Shown here piece after piece: positions 37,133-46,587 of a DNA stretch of 64,000 nucleotides (positions within the stretch are counted from its first letter, which is position 1; each line of letters starts with the position of its first letter). Below the pieces are notes generated by a model. That model saw nothing but the letters and a program-made list of their open reading frames with translations. It did not search any database and was not told where the DNA came from. Location: NCBI GenBank assembly GCA_041676625.1, contig JBAYRN010000015.1, forward strand, positions 1,555-65,554, read 5' to 3'. The position numbers and the translations under genes are program-made. This stretch comes from Vulcanimicrobiota bacterium (lineage in GTDB: Bacteria; Vulcanimicrobiota; Xenobia; Xenobiales; JADMJV01).

Positions 37133-37247
37133 CCGTGGGCTATTGAAAGGTCTAATGGAGGGATCAAGCCACAAATCAAGGAAGATCTTTAAGTTAAGCC
37201 GTTGTCTTTTTTTGGGTTACGGACTATGTCAGAAAGGGTGATTGCTA

Positions 37248-38216
37248 GTGCCCCTGCTGCTTCCCGAAGGGAGCCAGCTTCGCAATCGGTATCAGATCTT
37301 TAAGGTACTGGATGCGTCGCCGCTACGGAACATCTATCTGGTCCAGGATCTGCATTTGCGCGGAAACACCTGGGTCGCTAAGCAGATGCTTCCGGTAGGG
37401 GCCGAAGGGGTCAACACTCGGGCCGTCCGGCGGCGCTACGAACAGGAAGCGAGAGATATCAGCAGCCTGGAGCACCCGGCCATCCCTCGACTGCTGGATT
37501 ACTTCTTCATCGATCAGTGCTTCTACCTGATCCGGGAGTACGTGCCAGGCACGGATCTCCAGACCTTGCTGGCCTTTGAAGGGGGCAACTTTTCCGAGGC
37601 CGATGCCCTGCGCCTCACCGAACCGATCGCCGAACTTCTCGGATTTTTGCTTCGCAAAAAGATTGGGCCGGCCATTTTCAGAGAACTCTCATTGAGCGGC
37701 CTGATCATCACCCCGGAGGGCCAGATCAAGCTCGTCGATCTTGGGTTTGGCAGGCTCTTTGGCAAGGCCAATACGCTGGGACCGGTGGACTACGCGGCTC
37801 CCGAGCAGTTTTCCGGAGAAACGGCCGATGGTCGCACCCTGGTCTACAACCTGGGGGCCATCCTGTATCATCTGATCTCCGGATTCAACCCCGGTGATTC
37901 GCCTTTCAATCTCGACCCGCTGGATTTCTGGGCCCCCGACACCACGCCCACCACCATCAAGATCGTGGAAAAGGCGCTGCAGAGAGAACCGGCTAACCGT
38001 TTCTCCAGCCCGGAAGAGATGGTAAAACATATAAAGAAGGCCCGTGTTTCTCTGCAAAAACATAAGTCCAAGGGACGAAAAAAAGAGTCCGATACCCAAC
38101 CTCTGGCCGAGGCCTTCCCCGTGTCAGCCTGGGTGGCGGCGGCACTCACTTTGGTATTTTTGGGTATTGGTTGTTACACCTTATATGAGATACTGTTTCA
38201 TGGGATGGGAGGCTAG
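37248..38216 (+). CDS. Hanks-type kinase-like protein with degenerate catalytic motifs (predicted pseudokinase) and a C-terminal TM anchor
   Basis: The kinase fold is recognisable: WVAKQM, YEQEARDISSL, DLGFG, YAAPEQF. The Gly-loop reads KVLDASPLRN and the catalytic loop reads FRELSLSG instead of (H/F)RDxKxxN. The GTG at 37248 has AGGGTGA upstream (the ORF track has TTG at 37242). Confidence 0.8.
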   Translation: MPLLLPEGSQLRNRYQIFKVLDASPLRNIYLVQDLHLRGNTWVAKQMLPVGAEGVNTRAVRRRYEQEARDISSLEHPAIPRLLDYFFIDQCFYLIREYVPGTDLQTLLAFEGGNFSEADALRLTEPIAELLGFLLRKKIGPAIFRELSLSGLIITPEGQIKLVDLGFGRLFGKANTLGPVDYAAPEQFSGETADGRTLVYNLGAILYHLISGFNPGDSPFNLDPLDFWAPDTTPTTIKIVEKALQREPANRFSSPEEMVKHIKKARVSLQKHKSKGRKKESDTQPLAEAFPVSAWVAAALTLVFLGIGCYTLYEILFHGMGG

Positions 38217-38228
38217 GCTAGCAAAAAA

Positions 38229-40529
38229 ATGTTTCAACCCAATAGCATCATAGCAGGGCGTTATCAAGTGATTCGTCTGGTCGGTCAGGGAGGCATGTCT
38301 AACCTGTACCTGGCCCACGACCGCAAGTACAACAACGCCGAGGTGGTGGTCAAGGAGATGACCGCTTCTTACTCCGATCCCAAAGAACAACAGATGGCCG
38401 TCGACCTCTTTCACCGGGAAGCCAAACTGCTGGCCTCCCTGAACCACCGGCACATCCCCAAGGTTTTTGATTACTTTCAGTTCGCCGGAAAGTACTACCT
38501 CTCCATGGAGTACATCGACGGTGTGGACCTGGCCGTGAAACTCGAGGAAACGAAGGGTCCGCTACCGGAAAAGCAGGTCCTGGAGTGGGGCGAGCAGGTC
38601 GCTCAGGTGCTTTTTTATCTCCACAAGCACGATCCGCCCATCGTTTTTCGTGACGTCAAGCCGTCCAATATCATGATCAGCTCACAGGGAGTCAAACTGA
38701 TCGACTTCGGCATCGCCCGTCACTTCGACCAGGCCAAGAAGGGTGACACCATGCGGATCGGCTCGCCCGGCTACGCTCCGCCTGAGCAGTACGCCGCCCA
38801 GACTGATCCTCGGTCAGACATCTACGCCCTGGGGGTGACCCTGCACCACGCCCTGACCGGTCGCGACCCCACGACCACCAGTACCCCGTTTCTGGTTCCC
38901 CCGGCCAGAAATCTTAATCCCGCCCTGTCGGAAGCGACCGCGGCAATGTTGGCCCGAGCCACTCAACTCGATCCTTCCGATCGCTACCAATCGGTCCTGG
39001 AGATGCGAAAGGATATCAAACATATTCTCCAGCGCGGCAATCAGAGCACCCGGGTCGTGGGGGCTCCTCCGGCGGTTCCCCAAGCGGCCGCTGCCCCAGC
39101 CCCCCCCGCTGCTGCAGCAGTGCCGGCTGCGGCTGCAGCCCCGGCCCCGGCCGGTGCCCAACCGCCCTCTGCCGCCCAGCAAGCCGCCCCGGCCCCCTCC
39201 TCCGGGAGCCAACCGACCGCCCCATCTTCCGGGCAATCTCAGCAACTTCAACCCGGAGCAGTTGCACCACCGAATTCGGGAGCGCCGGCCAACGCCAACC
39301 AGCCGCCCGCTCAGAACGCCGCCCCTAAGCCGAAGAAAAAAGTTTCCCTGGGCCGGGCCCTGCTGGCTGCTTGCGTGTTCGTAATCGTAGCCGGGGGAAC
39401 CGCCCTGGCGACCATGGACGCAGGCGTCCGAGAGCGCTGGCTCTCTGCAGCTCAGCAAAAAGTCGAATCGCTGCTCACCGAACTTCGTCGGGGAGAAAAT
39501 CCCGAGGACAGGCTGCGCCAGTCGCTCTTGTCCGGAGACCCCCGGGCCCTTCTTCCCCTCTTCCAGAGTTCCGACTTCCAGGAGATGAGTGAGGAGAAAA
39601 AAGAGCTGTTTCGCCTCAATCTTCTGGCTGCGGGCACCACCGGGGAGCAGCCGATGGTCATCCATCTCCTGATCCCCGAGGGCCAGGACGAGGCCTGGGT
39701 TTGGGAGGTCTCTTCGGCCGTCCTGGGAGCCATCAACGGGGTCGGTGGCGTCCAGGGCAGGCTCTGCTTGATAGTCCCCAAGTCCTACTCCAAAAACGAA
39801 CTACCGAGAACCCTGCAAAACCTCATCAAAGAGGATCAAGAGCGGCAGACTCCAGACAGCTTTCTGGTCCTGGGCGGCCAGGACGAACCCTGGCCCGAGG
39901 GAGCCCCCAGCAATGTGCTCTTCCTCTCCTCGACCGATCTCCCCGGACGGCGCACAGTCAAGACCTTTACCAACGATCACCTCATAGAACTCTTTTCCGG
40001 GGGGCTGGATAGCGGTTCCGCACCCACCGTGTGGGGCATCCCCGGGCCCGTTCCGGCTTCCGCCATGGAGAGCCAAACGCCGGTGTCCTCCCCACCCGAC
40101 AAACAAGCCCTGACCAACATGCTGGCGCAAGCCTCGTCTGCGAACGGTCAACTGGCCTTGTTGGCCGAAGATGGTCGAGCACTCTCCGAACTGGGAGCGC
40201 CGGGGGAAGTCCTACTCTTTGCCACCGATGCTCAGGAGTTGGCTCCTCTGGGAGAAGCCATGGAAGGTACCGCCACGGTCTTGAGCAGCCCCTTCGAAGA
40301 GGTGGCCCCCGGCAGTTTGCGCCTGGCTCCCCAGGCCCCGCTCTCCCCTGCTGAGGCTCGACTGTTCGACGCCCTGCTGCTGAGTGCAACTCCCGGGCAG
40401 CAAGCTTTTCATGGGCTGACGATCCGCCGCAATTCGAATGGAGAGGTCTCTGAAAAGTTACCCATCAAGTATCGATGGGAAAAGGGTACCTGGCTACCCT
40501 TACTCGGAAAAGAGGGAAGCAACCGATGA
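38229..40529 (+). CDS. Serine/threonine protein kinase with a Pro/Ala-rich linker, a TM helix and a large extracytoplasmic domain
   Basis: GQGGMSNLYLA, VVVKEM, the catalytic loop FRDVKPSNIMI, IDFGIAR and GYAPPEQ. After these come about 90 aa of A/P/Q low-complexity sequence, the TM helix LLAACVFVIVAGGTALA, and a domain of about 370 aa. Confidence 0.9.
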   Translation: MFQPNSIIAGRYQVIRLVGQGGMSNLYLAHDRKYNNAEVVVKEMTASYSDPKEQQMAVDLFHREAKLLASLNHRHIPKVFDYFQFAGKYYLSMEYIDGVDLAVKLEETKGPLPEKQVLEWGEQVAQVLFYLHKHDPPIVFRDVKPSNIMISSQGVKLIDFGIARHFDQAKKGDTMRIGSPGYAPPEQYAAQTDPRSDIYALGVTLHHALTGRDPTTTSTPFLVPPARNLNPALSEATAAMLARATQLDPSDRYQSVLEMRKDIKHILQRGNQSTRVVGAPPAVPQAAAAPAPPAAAAVPAAAAAPAPAGAQPPSAAQQAAPAPSSGSQPTAPSSGQSQQLQPGAVAPPNSGAPANANQPPAQNAAPKPKKKVSLGRALLAACVFVIVAGGTALATMDAGVRERWLSAAQQKVESLLTELRRGENPEDRLRQSLLSGDPRALLPLFQSSDFQEMSEEKKELFRLNLLAAGTTGEQPMVIHLLIPEGQDEAWVWEVSSAVLGAINGVGGVQGRLCLIVPKSYSKNELPRTLQNLIKEDQERQTPDSFLVLGGQDEPWPEGAPSNVLFLSSTDLPGRRTVKTFTNDHLIELFSGGLDSGSAPTVWGIPGPVPASAMESQTPVSSPPDKQALTNMLAQASSANGQLALLAEDGRALSELGAPGEVLLFATDAQELAPLGEAMEGTATVLSSPFEEVAPGSLRLAPQAPLSPAEARLFDALLLSATPGQQAFHGLTIRRNSNGEVSEKLPIKYRWEKGTWLPLLGKEGSNR

Positions 40530-41212
40530 CCTACTTGAAGCGATTCGCTTTTCACGTACTGATGCTGGTGGTGGGAGGCGGAGTGGCCATCATGATGCTC
40601 AACCTCGCCGGGCACCACATGGTCATCCCCCCGGCCCTGTCCTATCTGTTGATCGCACTCTTCATGGCCTTGTGCCTGGTGGTGAGCCAACTCTGGACGG
40701 TCAAACTCTTCCCTTTCCCCCAGGAAGAATCCATGACCCCCATGGTGCGAAAGCAAAGCTGGGCCTGGTTGAGACCTGGAGGAGATAGCACCCGAAGCGG
40801 CTTCCCTCTGAACAAGGACCACATCGTGGTCGGTCGTGAGGTGAAGTGCCACATCATGCTCAACGACAACAGCGTGTCCCGCCAACACTCCTCGGTCACC
40901 CGACTGGCGGAGGGGTATCTCTTGAAAGACATGGGTTCTTCCAACGGTACCTACGTCAACGGACATCGCATCCAGGAAGCCCTCCTGAAGGACGGAGACC
41001 GGATCTCCATCGGAGACTGTGAGTTCTGGTTCGAGGCTCCCACGGAAGAAGGGGCTCAGAGTCTAAACGTCTCGGCGCTCCCCCGAGAAGGCGGTGTGGA
41101 GCCTCTCGGAACCGGAGCCGGGTTCTGCCTGGACCCCAGCGCGCCAAGCGATTTCGAGGACGAAGACGACGAGGGTACCGAAGCGTGGCACCCTCGTCCT
41201 GGCGATCTATAG
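40526..41212 (+). CDS. FHA domain protein with two N-terminal TM helices
   Basis: Its ATG overlaps the kinase stop as ATGA. FHA core: IVVGREVKCHIMLNDNSVSRQHSSV...LKDMGSSNGTYVNG. Confidence 0.85.
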   Translation: MTYLKRFAFHVLMLVVGGGVAIMMLNLAGHHMVIPPALSYLLIALFMALCLVVSQLWTVKLFPFPQEESMTPMVRKQSWAWLRPGGDSTRSGFPLNKDHIVVGREVKCHIMLNDNSVSRQHSSVTRLAEGYLLKDMGSSNGTYVNGHRIQEALLKDGDRISIGDCEFWFEAPTEEGAQSLNVSALPREGGVEPLGTGAGFCLDPSAPSDFEDEDDEGTEAWHPRPGDL

Positions 41213-41236
41213 AGACCCCCGTCGGGGTCTATCTTG
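41210..41236. terminator. Hairpin between the convergent FHA and sepF genes (candidate bidirectional terminator)
   Basis: AGACCCC-cgtc-GGGGTCT followed by ATCTT. It overlaps the FHA gene's TAG stop. Confidence 0.55.
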
Positions 41237-41264
41237 CGGGCTCAGTACCCGTGATTATGAGCCC

Positions 41265-41738
41265 TCAGAACCCCTCGCCAGACTTCATGACCTCATCCTT
41301 GTTTCCGCTGAACCCCTCGGTGGGAATGATGATGTCGAAGTGTCCTGGAGTGAACAAAAAGATTTGATCCGCCACTTTTTGAGACTGCCCCTCAATGGCG
41401 TAGCTGATTCCGGACAGAAAATCTACGATGCGGCGCGCCAGTTCCTTGTCGGTCTTGCGCATGTTGAGCAGGATGCATTTCTTGAGCTTGAGAGTCTCGG
41501 CGATCTCTCGGGCGTCGGCGAAGGATGCCGGTTCTAGCACAACGATCTCTTGTTTACGCTGGTTGTTCGGCACACTCACCAGGTTGCGATTGCTGCGAAC
41601 CTCAGGCACCGGGTGCTCGGCTGCGCTCATGGAATACTCCGAGAGGCTCAGGGAGTCGGAGTCTTGAGATTCAGAGCTGTAGCTCTCTTCCTCAAGGGTA
41701 AAAAATCGTCTCAAACTGTCCATTACACGTCCTGCCAT
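41265..41738 (-). CDS. sepF: Cell division protein SepF
   Basis: N-terminal amphipathic MDSLRRFF, then VVLEPASFADAREIAETLKLKKCILLNM...RRIVDFLSGISYAIEG (DUF552 core). GGAGG lies 9 nt upstream. Confidence 0.85.
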   Translation of the reverse strand: MAGRVMDSLRRFFTLEEESYSSESQDSDSLSLSEYSMSAAEHPVPEVRSNRNLVSVPNNQRKQEIVVLEPASFADAREIAETLKLKKCILLNMRKTDKELARRIVDFLSGISYAIEGQSQKVADQIFLFTPGHFDIIIPTEGFSGNKDEVMKSGEGF

Positions 41739-41881
41739 AATAACGAGCCTCCGCCCGAAGTTTCACCGCCCACTCAGCAGTGGAGTTGCTCAGAGGAACT
41801 TCTCTAGCATGACATTTGCGTGAAATAATTTCAAACCTTCCGGTAAGGGAAAAGTTTCTAGCGCCTCGTCAAACTTAGGAG

Positions 41882-42634
41882 TTAGCGCGCTCCGAAGATC
41901 TTGCGACCGACCCTGATCATGGTAGCGCCTTCTTCGATCGCCACCAGGTAGTCGTCGCTCATCCCCATGGAGAGTTCTCGCCCGGACCAGAAGGGGTAAT
42001 CCCTCTCCTCGATCTCTTTCAGCAGCTCGGCCAGTCGGCGAAAGTGAGGCCGATTGTCCTCCGGATCGTCTACCGGCGGCGGGATGGTCATAAGGCCGGA
42101 GATTCGTAGATACTCGGGGGGGTTGTCGGACAACTCTTCGAGCAGGTCGAAGACACCGGCTGGGTCGAGCCCGTACTTGGTCTTTTCACCCGCCAGGTTG
42201 ACCTGAATGAGCCCGGTGAGGCGTCGATGGCGGGCTTCACAGCGCTTCTCCAAACGACGGATCAGGCCGGCGTTGTCAAGCGAATGAATAACTTCGAACA
42301 GATCCACCGCCAGATTGACTTTGTTCTTCTGAAGATGACCCACCATGTGCCAGCGTGCCCCCGGCAGCTTGCGGGCTTTCTCTCGGGCTTCTTGGATGTA
42401 GTTCTCTCCCAGATCTTCAACGCCGGCATCCAGAGCAAGCTTGATCGCTTCTACGGTGTGCGTCTTGGTGATCGCCACCAATCTGACCGAGTCGGGGTCC
42501 CGGCCCTTCTCGATGCAAGTTCGCTGAATCTGTTCTGTGATCTCCGCGATGGCGTTGACAATCGGTGGCCGGGATGGGGGTGGGGCCGCCGAGGAGTCGC
42601 CAAACGGATCTCCGAAGCCTTTTGGTCCGAACAA
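41882..42634 (-). CDS. yggS: YggS-family pyridoxal phosphate homeostasis protein
   Basis: VRLVAITKTH (PLP lysine), GENYIQEA and WHMVGHLQKNKV. The TTG start lies 3 nt after the upstream stop. Confidence 0.9.
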   Translation of the reverse strand: MFGPKGFGDPFGDSSAAPPPSRPPIVNAIAEITEQIQRTCIEKGRDPDSVRLVAITKTHTVEAIKLALDAGVEDLGENYIQEAREKARKLPGARWHMVGHLQKNKVNLAVDLFEVIHSLDNAGLIRRLEKRCEARHRRLTGLIQVNLAGEKTKYGLDPAGVFDLLEELSDNPPEYLRISGLMTIPPPVDDPEDNRPHFRRLAELLKEIEERDYPFWSGRELSMGMSDDYLVAIEEGATMIRVGRKIFGAR

Positions 42635-42637
42635 TTC

Positions 42638-45004
42638 CTACAACCAGTTCATTAAAGTATCTTCTTCGCCAAACGCCTCAGCTTCGCGCTGCCCCTGAGA
42701 CGGCGCTGGTCTCCCTTCGCCGGAGGCGTGGGAGGGCGGCGGCGAAGTGGGCGTAGCCTCCGGGGGGGAGGCTTGAGCCGGAGCCGGGGGAGCGGTCTCC
42801 GCGGGCCGTGCCGGTGGAGGCGTGGGATGCGCCGCCTGAGGCGGAGCAGCCGGGCGGGCGGGGGCTGCGGGGGTTGCCTGCCGAGGAGCCGCCGAGGCAG
42901 CCTGCTCGATCCGCTCCAATTCGGCTTTGCCGACCTCGGGCTGAATGAGTCCGGTCTCCACCAATCGTTCGATGGAATCGCGGAAAGTCTGCATTCCTTC
43001 GGCCCCACCACCCATCAACTGGCGATGCAAGGCGGAAAGATTGGCGTCTTCGATCAGTCGGCGAACCGTACTGGTGGCCAGCAGCAACTCGGAAGCCGGA
43101 ACCTGTCCGTCGCCGTCGGCCCGTTCGAAAAGCTTGAGCGAGAGGATACCCTGGAGAGTCCGGGCAAAGAGACTAGCCCGCATGCGCCGCTCGCTTTCCG
43201 GGAAAAGGTTGATCAGACGGGGGATGGCGTCTTCCGCGTTTTGGGCCGTCACGGCACCTACCACCAGAAGACCTGAGTCTACCGCATTGAAAACAGCCTC
43301 CATGGTATTGAGGTCAGCCAGATCCGCGAGAAAGACCACATCGCAGTCCTGGCCCTGGGCTCGCCGCATACCTTGAGCAAAGGACACGATGTCGGCGTCC
43401 AACTCCCGCTGGGTCACCAGACTTCGTCGGTCTTCGTGAGTGAACTCCAGTCGGTCTTCCAAGGAAACCAGGTGCAGCTGCCGAGTCCGGTTCAAGTAGT
43501 CCAGCGAGGCTGTGAGCGTGGTGGAGCGACCAGAGCCGGGCAAACCACATACCAGCACCAGGCCTGAAGGCCGACCCAGTAAGGTCAGGTAGGCCTTGGG
43601 GAGACCCAGGTTCTCCAACTCCGGGGGGCGGTTCGAGAGCATCTTGAAGGTGGCCGACAGGTTGCCCCGATCAAAGAAGACATTGGCCCTCAGGCGAATA
43701 CTCTCGTATTGATAAACGAATTCGATATCACGCTCTTCCACCAGTCTCCGGCGATGGTCCGGTCTGAGGGCCGAGGTAATGAGATAGTAAGAATCCGCCG
43801 GGGTTAAAGGTGGGGTCGAAAATTGGATCAGCTCTTTACCAATACGAGCGGTGATCGCCCGACCTGTTTTGATGTGCAGGTCGGAAACGCGGTTCTTGAC
43901 CATTTCCCGCACCAGGTCTCGAAGGGTGAGTTTCAGTTGGGTTTCACCGAGGGGAGGAGCCAGACCATCATCGGCGGCAGCCGGAGCAGCCACCACTGCC
44001 GCTGCCCCTTCGCCCAGATTCTTGGTTTTTTCTTCCAGTTCATTGACCAGGCGCAACGCCTCGTCAAGCTGTTCCTGATGTCGATCCGCCTGCTCGGAGT
44101 ACTTCAGGAACTCGTCGAGCTTCTGCTGCAGATCGCTGCCCCCCACGGAAGAGACCCGATCCTCCACCTCTCGGACCCTGTCCTTCAGCCCGGCCATCTC
44201 ACCGGCCAGAGCCGTAACGTCGTCGGAAGAGACCGAAGATGTGATAGAAGGTTGCGAACTGACCCGTTCGAGGTCTTCTCTGGTGGGTACCGCTTCGTAG
44301 GCTTCTTGAAGCTCGACGATGGCCGTTCGAAGTACATCGAGATCGCCTGCCACGACCTCTCTGATGACGTCCCTGTCCACCGGACCACCGACTGCAGGAT
44401 TGTTGGCAAGACTGGCCTGGATCATGTCCAGCAGTTCCTCTTGCCGATCCTCTAAGATTCGGTCCAATCCATCCTTGAGGTCCTGGATCTTCTCATCCAG
44501 CTCGGTTCGCAAAGCGGCCACCTGCTCGGCTGATGCGCCGCCACCGGATCCAGCCCTGGCTTCCCGGCCCAACGCTTCGATCTTCAGTTCGAGGCGGGCT
44601 TCCAGATCGTCCAGAGAAGTTACCAGTGATTGTTCGAGGAGAATGGGCAGATTCTCCAGGGGGCCGATATCGCCCAGATTGTCCAATCGATGGGCGAATT
44701 CCTGAATCCGCCCCTCCATGAACTGAAACCTGTCGAACACCTGCTCCAGGCGGTCGTCCTGGGCTTCGATGTGATCAAAAACTCGACTCATCGAGTCGCT
44801 CACGTCGCCCCCCGAGCGGGTCTCTAGTGTTTCCACCTTAGCGCGCAAAGCTTGAAAGTCGCGCGCCTGCATAGCGCTGGAAAGCGATACGGTCTTGAGT
44901 TCGTCTTCGATTGAAACTATCCGAAAATCAAGTTCCGATACTCCTTCGGAGGAGCCTTCGCTACCAGGATCGTCGCGCCGAAAACGATGTCGTGGTGAAT
45001 CCAT
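42638..45004 (-). CDS. PilT-family (secretion ATPase fold) protein with degenerate catalytic motifs, an N-terminal coiled-coil region and a Pro-rich C-terminal tail
   Basis: 788 aa. PilT-like core: VSDLHIKTG, GLVLVCGLPGSGRSTT, LEDRLEF, DVVFLADLAD, TVRRLIED. The N-terminal ~350 aa are acidic and heptad-like. The C-terminal ~85 aa are Pro/Ala-rich. Confidence 0.85.
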   Translation of the reverse strand: MDSPRHRFRRDDPGSEGSSEGVSELDFRIVSIEDELKTVSLSSAMQARDFQALRAKVETLETRSGGDVSDSMSRVFDHIEAQDDRLEQVFDRFQFMEGRIQEFAHRLDNLGDIGPLENLPILLEQSLVTSLDDLEARLELKIEALGREARAGSGGGASAEQVAALRTELDEKIQDLKDGLDRILEDRQEELLDMIQASLANNPAVGGPVDRDVIREVVAGDLDVLRTAIVELQEAYEAVPTREDLERVSSQPSITSSVSSDDVTALAGEMAGLKDRVREVEDRVSSVGGSDLQQKLDEFLKYSEQADRHQEQLDEALRLVNELEEKTKNLGEGAAAVVAAPAAADDGLAPPLGETQLKLTLRDLVREMVKNRVSDLHIKTGRAITARIGKELIQFSTPPLTPADSYYLITSALRPDHRRRLVEERDIEFVYQYESIRLRANVFFDRGNLSATFKMLSNRPPELENLGLPKAYLTLLGRPSGLVLVCGLPGSGRSTTLTASLDYLNRTRQLHLVSLEDRLEFTHEDRRSLVTQRELDADIVSFAQGMRRAQGQDCDVVFLADLADLNTMEAVFNAVDSGLLVVGAVTAQNAEDAIPRLINLFPESERRMRASLFARTLQGILSLKLFERADGDGQVPASELLLATSTVRRLIEDANLSALHRQLMGGGAEGMQTFRDSIERLVETGLIQPEVGKAELERIEQAASAAPRQATPAAPARPAAPPQAAHPTPPPARPAETAPPAPAQASPPEATPTSPPPSHASGEGRPAPSQGQREAEAFGEEDTLMNWL

Positions 45005-45066
45005 AGGTTATGGCTTTCTTTAAGACAAGAGGCTCTTCCTTCGCGAGAGCGATGTTCGCAAAATGT

Positions 45067-46587
45067 TCAAACGTTGATTTTCAGAAGTTCACCACTGGTC
45101 AGCAAGGTTTTAGCGGTCTTGAGATCAAGAGCCAGGGCTCGATCGCCCCGAAGTGGCTCCACATATTCTCTCAGTAGAGCAAAGCCCCGCTCCGTACCCG
45201 GCCCGAAACGTAAAGGGCGCCGGTACTCCAACGCCTGGGCAGCACAGATCCACTCACTGGCCAAGATCTGTTCCAGATTGTCCATGAGTCTGGCCAGCTT
45301 AAAGGCGGCCGCCGGCCCCATGCTCACGTGATCTTCATGACCGGCCGAGGTGGGGATGGAATCGCTGGTCACCGAATGGGTCAAGAGTTTGTTCTCGTTG
45401 ACCAGGGCGGCCGCCCCATACTGAACGATCATCAATCCGCTGTGCAGTCCTCCCTGATCGGTGAGAAAACTGGGGAGCCCGCTCTCCCGAGTGTCGAGCA
45501 GTTTATCGCACCGCCTTTCCGACATGCTTCCCAGGTAGGACAGGCTGATCGCGGCGGTGTCGCAAGCCAGTGCCACCGGGGCGCCATGAAAATTCCCCCC
45601 ACTGATGACTCGCTTCTCCTCGATCACCACGACCGGGTTGTCACTGGCCGCGTTGAACTCTCGCTCGAAGACTGTCTTCGACCAGTTCCAGCCGTCTCGG
45701 GCTGCCCCGTGAACCTGAGGAATACAACGCAAAGAATAAGGATCCTGAACCCGACCGCAGTGCTTGTGACTCTCGATCAGTTCGCTCCCCGACAAAAGGG
45801 CTCGCAAGTGGGCGGCCACTTCCAGTTGTCCAGGGTGAGGGCGAGCCCGGTGCACCGGCTCGAGAAAAACCGAGTCCGTTCCCATCAGGGCTTCCAGACT
45901 CATGCCGGCGATGATGTCGGCCTGCTCCAGGAGCCGTCCGGCACGACACAGGGCAAGACCCCCCACGGACCCTATCAGTTGGGTACCGTTGATCATGGCC
46001 AGGGCCTCCTTGGCCCGATACTTGATGGGCTTCAGGCCGGCCTGCTGCAAGGCCTGGGCGGCCGGAAGCAAAGACCCGTCTTTAGCCAGGCAGTCTCCTT
46101 CCCCCATCAAGCCTGCTGCCACGTGGGCCAGAGGAGCCAGATCGCCGCTGGCTCCCACCGAACCCCGGCTGGGCACCAGTGGCACCACATCACGATTCAG
46201 GCACTCCACCAGCAACTCCAGCACCTTGAGGCGCACCCCGGAAAAACCACGAACCAGGGAATTCAGGCGCAGCACCATGATCCCCCGCACAGCCTCTCGC
46301 TTCAGGGGCCGACCCACCCCAGCCGAATGGGAGAGGATCAGATTGCGTTGGAGTTCGTCGACTTGCTCTTTAGGAATGCGTTCGCTGCTCAGTTTGCCAA
46401 ACCCGGTGTTGATGCCGTAGAGAGTCTGCCCCTGCTGCAGCAATTCGTCGACCACCTCACGGCTCTTATTGATGCGGGGGATGACCGAGTTCGCCAGGCT
46501 GACCGTGGCCCCGAAGCAAACGCTCTCAAACTGGGATAGCGTCAGGGTCTCCCCATCGATCTCTACGGCTCTATGCTCCAGATACAT
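45067..46587 (-). CDS. hutH: Histidine ammonia-lyase
   Basis: 506 aa. GSVGASGDLAPLAH contains the MIO-forming ASG triad. Confidence 0.95.
   Translation of the reverse strand: MYLEHRAVEIDGETLTLSQFESVCFGATVSLANSVIPRINKSREVVDELLQQGQTLYGINTGFGKLSSERIPKEQVDELQRNLILSHSAGVGRPLKREAVRGIMVLRLNSLVRGFSGVRLKVLELLVECLNRDVVPLVPSRGSVGASGDLAPLAHVAAGLMGEGDCLAKDGSLLPAAQALQQAGLKPIKYRAKEALAMINGTQLIGSVGGLALCRAGRLLEQADIIAGMSLEALMGTDSVFLEPVHRARPHPGQLEVAAHLRALLSGSELIESHKHCGRVQDPYSLRCIPQVHGAARDGWNWSKTVFEREFNAASDNPVVVIEEKRVISGGNFHGAPVALACDTAAISLSYLGSMSERRCDKLLDTRESGLPSFLTDQGGLHSGLMIVQYGAAALVNENKLLTHSVTSDSIPTSAGHEDHVSMGPAAAFKLARLMDNLEQILASEWICAAQALEYRRPLRFGPGTERGFALLREYVEPLRGDRALALDLKTAKTLLTSGELLKINV

Noticed and set aside
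39060-39340. GC-rich, repeat-looking DNA (also at 21361-21480 and 42700-42900), considered as possible tandem repeats or a CRISPR-like array.
   Set aside because: These are in-frame low-complexity Pro/Ala/Gly coding segments of the kinase linker, the GspK-like tail and the PilT-like tail. There is no regular repeat-spacer periodicity.
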